Origin: Moniliella sp. 'wahieum'
Taxonomy: Eukaryota
Reading direction: 5' to 3'
Length of the DNA stretch: 64,000 nucleotides
NCBI GenBank assembly: GCA_003971905.1
Contig: RSEE01000039.1
Coordinates: 496,001 to 560,000 of the forward strand
Shown here: positions 59,598-64,000 of the stretch, piece by piece
How the letters are laid out: every line of letters begins with the position of its first letter
Position numbering within the stretch: position 1 is the stretch's first letter
Notes under the pieces: generated by a model
Told to the model about the DNA's origin: nothing
Databases searched by the model: none
What the model saw: only the letters and a program-made list of their open reading frames with translations
Program-made: the position numbers and the translations under genes

Positions 59598-61593
59598 ATG
59601 GACGCTATTATGAGCCCCCTCCCCCTCCCCCCGAGGCGACCTCGAGATGCGCAACGACGTTCATCACCAGAAGGACCTATTGGAACTCGAGGCCGAGTCA
59701 CTGCGCCGTACCGAACATGCTCTCCAGCAACGCGAGGGAGAGCTCGCTCGCCGCGAAGCGGTGCTGGATCGGCGCAAACAGGCATTTAATGTAGCCATCC
59801 AAGTCTTCCAAACCGAATACCAACGCATTTCTGCATCCTACGAGCGAATGCACAGGCTCACAGCCTCTGGTTGCATACCTCCGCAAGCATTCTCCTTGAC
59901 TCTTCCCGTGTCTACACTCGCAACCCAAACCTTCACCAATTGGGGCAGGAAGGCACAATGGCAATCCTACTCAGACCTTTCTTCAGCATCTCCTCTTCCA
60001 AGCCCGACTTCTGGCCAAGAACTGGGAATGGTCGTCAGTGGAGAAAGCTACCAAGACCACGAACAGTACTTTCTCGGGCAGAGGATTATATGTAGATCCA
60101 CCAGTTTTATAAGCAAGGTGCAAAACCATTCCAACAGACTTCTTTCAGAGCTAACAACCATGCGCACCGTACAACAGATCAGATCGATGGTTCCCCTTCA
60201 AGACACGACGGATCATCCCTGCCTTACGCAACCTGGCCATGGATTCGGGACCCGCAACAGAGTGCGATTGGTTCGACATGATACCCAGTGCTTTCAAGCC
60301 TGCTCCCTTGGCCCATCCGGTGGACAAACTCCTGGCCTCAGAAGCAAAACACAAATGACAGTCCAGATATCGAGAAGGCCGAGGAGGAACCAGCAGCGGC
60401 TGATGCCTCCATCCCTTTGGGTGCTTCCGAACTACAGTTGAATGCCTCTTTACTTCCCTCTCGTTCCAAGTGCGAAACCACGGAGGGGCACCTAATGCAG
60501 TCTCTCGGTTAATACTCGTGATGGGGTCGAAACTAGCCCAGCCATGCCTGAGTCCTCCAGTGCAGACTCTGTCACGCCATTGCCGCTCGAGAAGAATACC
60601 GCCCCTTCCATGTTATCGCCTGAGAGTACAACAGATTTTGCATTTTCCACAAGACTCGGACGAAGACGCGACCATCACTTCCGTTAAACAGACGCTTTGT
60701 CCTTCCAGAAACCTTTAGTGAATGGGGTGATGGACTCTGCAATTCATTCGCTAGAACAGGGCGATTCCCATTCCATCCTTGGAGGGACGCTATACGTGTG
60801 GCTTCCCCGCTCGGGCCCAGCCGCCCAATCGACATGTGCCCCCTCAACCCGGAAGCACAAGGTTCTTCACGTGCTCAACCTAAAGATGTGAACGTCTCCC
60901 CCACTCAGAACATCAGCAGCCGCTCCCGTCTGTCGTTTCCTTGCACCCCCCCACCCTGCTAGGTCCAGAGTTCGGAGGGAGCCCACTGATTTCAGAAGAA
61001 CCGGTGCGAAGGTCGGCTCAACAGGTACGAGTTCATTTCAGTAAGGAGGCTGGCAACCGTGTCAAGCCTGTGTACACGCCTTCCCCACCCCCAAACTTTC
61101 AGGCTCAACGTACACGACCAGTACACAAGTCCCGAGGTTCTTCGGCCTCAGCCTCACGTCTGAAAGGTCAATGCTAAACCCGTTCCCTTTGTCGCAACCA
61201 CTTCTCTCAGGGAAAGAATCAAGCCAAGGCGACGACGAACACAGTGATTGCATTTTTGTTGCCTAAAGTCCACAATCTCCCGCTTGGCTCTGGCCAACAT
61301 CCTGACACACCCACACCCACCCCCGACCCCGACAAGAACGTCGCACCCTCATTCATCTTGCGCGAACACCAGTCCCAGCCGCAGTTGGGGCCCTCCCGCA
61401 GATGAACTTAAAATTGAACTCGGTGCCAGAACTACGGGCCGGAAAAACAGACGCGCAGACTGAGCTTTGCGATGCTCTTCCTCTTCAGCAGAGCCCTTGG
61501 TCCGACAGGGTGACCATAAGCCTTCAACTGAGCTCAAGTGAGGGTAGGGATAGCAATAGACGGCGCGATGCCTGTATCGTTGCAACCGTTTAA
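59598..61593 (+). CDS. Hypothetical protein with N-terminal coiled coil and disordered body (frameshifted)
   Basis: LLELEAESLRRTEHALQQREGELARREAVLDRRKQAF in ORF 59647-60441. Downstream extent is inferred. Confidence 0.45.
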
Positions 61594-61778
61594 CATACTC
61601 TTCTGCTGCTTTGGATCGTAAACTCCCTTCTTGGTCCAGCAACTGTTCCTTTTTGTCCCATCCCGTACAAACGTTTGTTCTTACCTGCGTGTAGGTTGCC
61701 AATAATAGGGCGAGGAGATACAATCGGGGCATTTAGGTTACATTCGACCCCCAAATCATCCAGCGGGGGAATGGGATA

Positions 61779-62287
61779 TCATCTAAGTGGCTCGGGATCT
61801 GGAACCTCGTCGGCCAGGGAGGCGAGCTGGACGATGGTTGGAAACGGTTGTCCGACCCTTGGTACGGAACCCGGATATGCAATCATGTTGGTCTCGTCCA
61901 CCCAGCCACTCTGCAACCGTTGTCTTGTCGTCCTTGTTGCCCTGTCGGCACGAAGAAAGACGAGCTCCGCCTCATCTGCGCCCGTGGGGGGGGCGCGCCC
62001 GGTATACGCCCACGTCGGCCACCGGGTCCAGCTCGTCAAAACGAACTGGCACCTGTCTCGGTGGGAGGGACCTCTGCGACAGCGGCCAGTGCCTCGAGCG
62101 CCTCCCGCTTCAGCTCCTCGACCCTCGTCGCGGGGCCGACGGGAAGGACGAGGGTGAGCTTGGCGTACTTGATCCGCAGGGGGAAACAGACGGCGCGGCG
62201 CCCAGGGTTTCGGGCTGGGGTGGATGGATGGAGAAGGAGTCAGAAGAGGCTGTGCGTGCATGCGGGGCGGGGGGGGGCACTCACCAT
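61779..62287 (-). CDS. Small hypothetical protein, possibly ubiquitin-like
   Basis: ATG followed by an intron 62284-62215 (GTGAGT..CTGAC..CAG). With one frameshift, exon 2 reads RIKYAKLTLVLPVGPATRVEELKREALEAL. Confidence 0.5.
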
Positions 62288-62612
62288 CGGGGCAGGCTTG
62301 GACGCGGTCGGTTGGGGCCGGCAGGAGTGGCGGCGCTGCCCTGGATCATTAAACGACGCCAGTGCTCCGGTCGATATCAATGCGCGTCTAACCCTACTGC
62401 CTCCCGATGGGATCTGCCCGGGTGGACATCGGGGCGTCGTGAACGCAGTTCCGCGCCCGGTTGCACCGACTTTTTTTTGGCGGCGAGCTTCGGCCGCACC
62501 ACACTCGGCGAGCAACCAACCACACGCAGCAGCAGCCGCCGGACATAAGCGCCCGCTACACACCCGCTCGCCTCCACCACGTGCTGCTCGCTGCCGCTGG
62601 GCTGGGCTGGGA

Positions 62613-64000
62613 ATGACGACGCTCGACACGCTGTGGCGCTCCGCCGCCGCGCTGCCTGCGCACCACACCGCCGCCATCCTCGGCGGACGCGGTGGAGGCG
62701 CAGCTGCGCTCCCCGACCGCCGCCGCCCTCTTCCGCCCCTTTGCGCTCGCCCCCCCCGACGCCCAGCACCTGGACGCGCTCCAGCTCCCCCTTCCCTCGG
62801 ACCCCGTCGAGACGCTCCAAGTCGCCTGTGCCAGCCTTCTTTCCTTTGTGCAGGCCAACTGGACCGGCCCCGAGCTCTCCTTTCGCGCCGCGGACCTCTT
62901 GGCCGCCGCGGCCGAGCCCGCCGTTGATGCCACCGCCCTCCAAAACGGCGTCACCGACGCCCTCTCCCGCGGAGGCGAGCCTGCGTACCATCTTGCCACC
63001 GACTCCTTCTTCCTTACTTCTCCCTTCGTGTGTTGGACCAACTCGCCCCGACCGTCACTGGCGAATTGGCGATCTGGTTACCTGGTGGCGCTTGCGTGCT
63101 GCCAATGTCCTCAATCGCGTCTTGGACAGCGCAGTGTCTCTCCGGACGATCTGCAACGCGCGGTCACTGCCACCGCCACTTGGCTTCATGAGGCGGCGCA
63201 GGGCCCCGACCAGCGCTTCTGGAAGGATGTTGCTGCCCGTTTCAGCCTCGAGCAAGGGCTGCTGCTCCAACAGTTGGGTCTGACCCTGGATGCCGAGAGT
63301 AAATTCACTTCCTCGGCTCAACTGGACGGGCTGGTGTACCAGCTGACTGGTGCGCTGGGAAAGCGAACCAAGTGGCAAAAAGAGGCCAAGACGCAGCTCC
63401 TTCTCTTGGCTCGGTCCCGGGACGAGGCGGTGGAGGAAGAACAAGCTTGCCGCCCGGAGCAGACAGCTGTTTCCTCCACCCCCAAAGCCCAGCGGGACGA
63501 GGTTACTTCCGGATTCAAGGCGGCGCCGAGTGAGAGCCAGGACCCAAGCATGCCTTCCAACTACCACTTGAACGATGACACATTGCTGGAACAGACCCAG
63601 TTTACTTCGGTGCAGGACAGCTCGAACGAGCTCCCTGCGGCGTTGCGTGGGGTAGATCCCAATGCCCAGCCTCCGCTCACACCCTTTGATCAGGCTATTC
63701 TGCTCGCCCTCGCGCTCAACTTACAGGGTTCCTCAGCGGACGCCATGCTAACGGCCGAGCAGATGGGAGCGTATGTTGACCGCGTCCTGCTCCACCCGAT
63801 GAACTGGTCGGTATACACCATGGGCCTCCTCCTTCGCTCCCGCCCGAGGCCAATCGTACGCGTACTATCGAACGTAGCGTGCTCCAGCTTCAAGCGCTTC
63901 TGGACCAAATGGACACTGCCGACTCGACCGCTGCGGAGCGGCTGCGGCTCTTTTTCATGCTTGATCTCCCGCCACGCTGGGGCTGCAAGCCGAGCTGGCT
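62613..64000 (+). CDS. EMW1: Emw1/TTC27 TPR protein, 5' part (runs off the window)
   Basis: FVQANWTGP; WWRLRA; LTGALGKRTKWQ; LNDDTLLE; QPPLTPFDQAILL; HPMNWSVYTMGLLLRSR..RTIERSVLQLQAL. Confidence 0.9.

Noticed and set aside
6814..64000. Mass pseudogenisation or programmed frameshifting
   Set aside because: Indels scattered through essential genes with preserved motifs fit assembly error better.

Overview
Gene-dense, GC-rich eukaryotic DNA with short GT-AG introns (CTRAC branch points). Gene content points to a fungus, most likely a basidiomycete (inference). Nearly every conserved gene is split across frames, often at homopolymer runs, which looks like long-read consensus error, so most CDS coordinates are approximate. 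Recognisable genes in order: PH-domain protein, fructosamine-3-kinase, CLU1, YOP1, an Rsc1/2-like bromo+BAH protein, a GRAM/VASt sterol transporter, a stand-alone FtsH/m-AAA N-terminal-domain protein, CHS7, a Stealth phosphotransferase, AVL9, mitochondrial L12, a Cap64-like protein, a PNRC/Edc1-like decapping activator, RAD51, TRAX, SGF29, a PQ-loop protein, a PXA protein, a bacterial-type ABM protein, COG3 and the 5' part of EMW1/TTC27. The most striking observation is a near-perfect 118-120 bp inverted repeat (43535-43832) downstream of a TATA box, running into the YAGxxF decapping-activator ORF. Also present: two short related solo LTRs with target-site duplications, and intergenic tandem arrays built on palindromic hexamers. 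I found no tRNA, rRNA or CRISPR. All family assignments are by eye and unverified by search.
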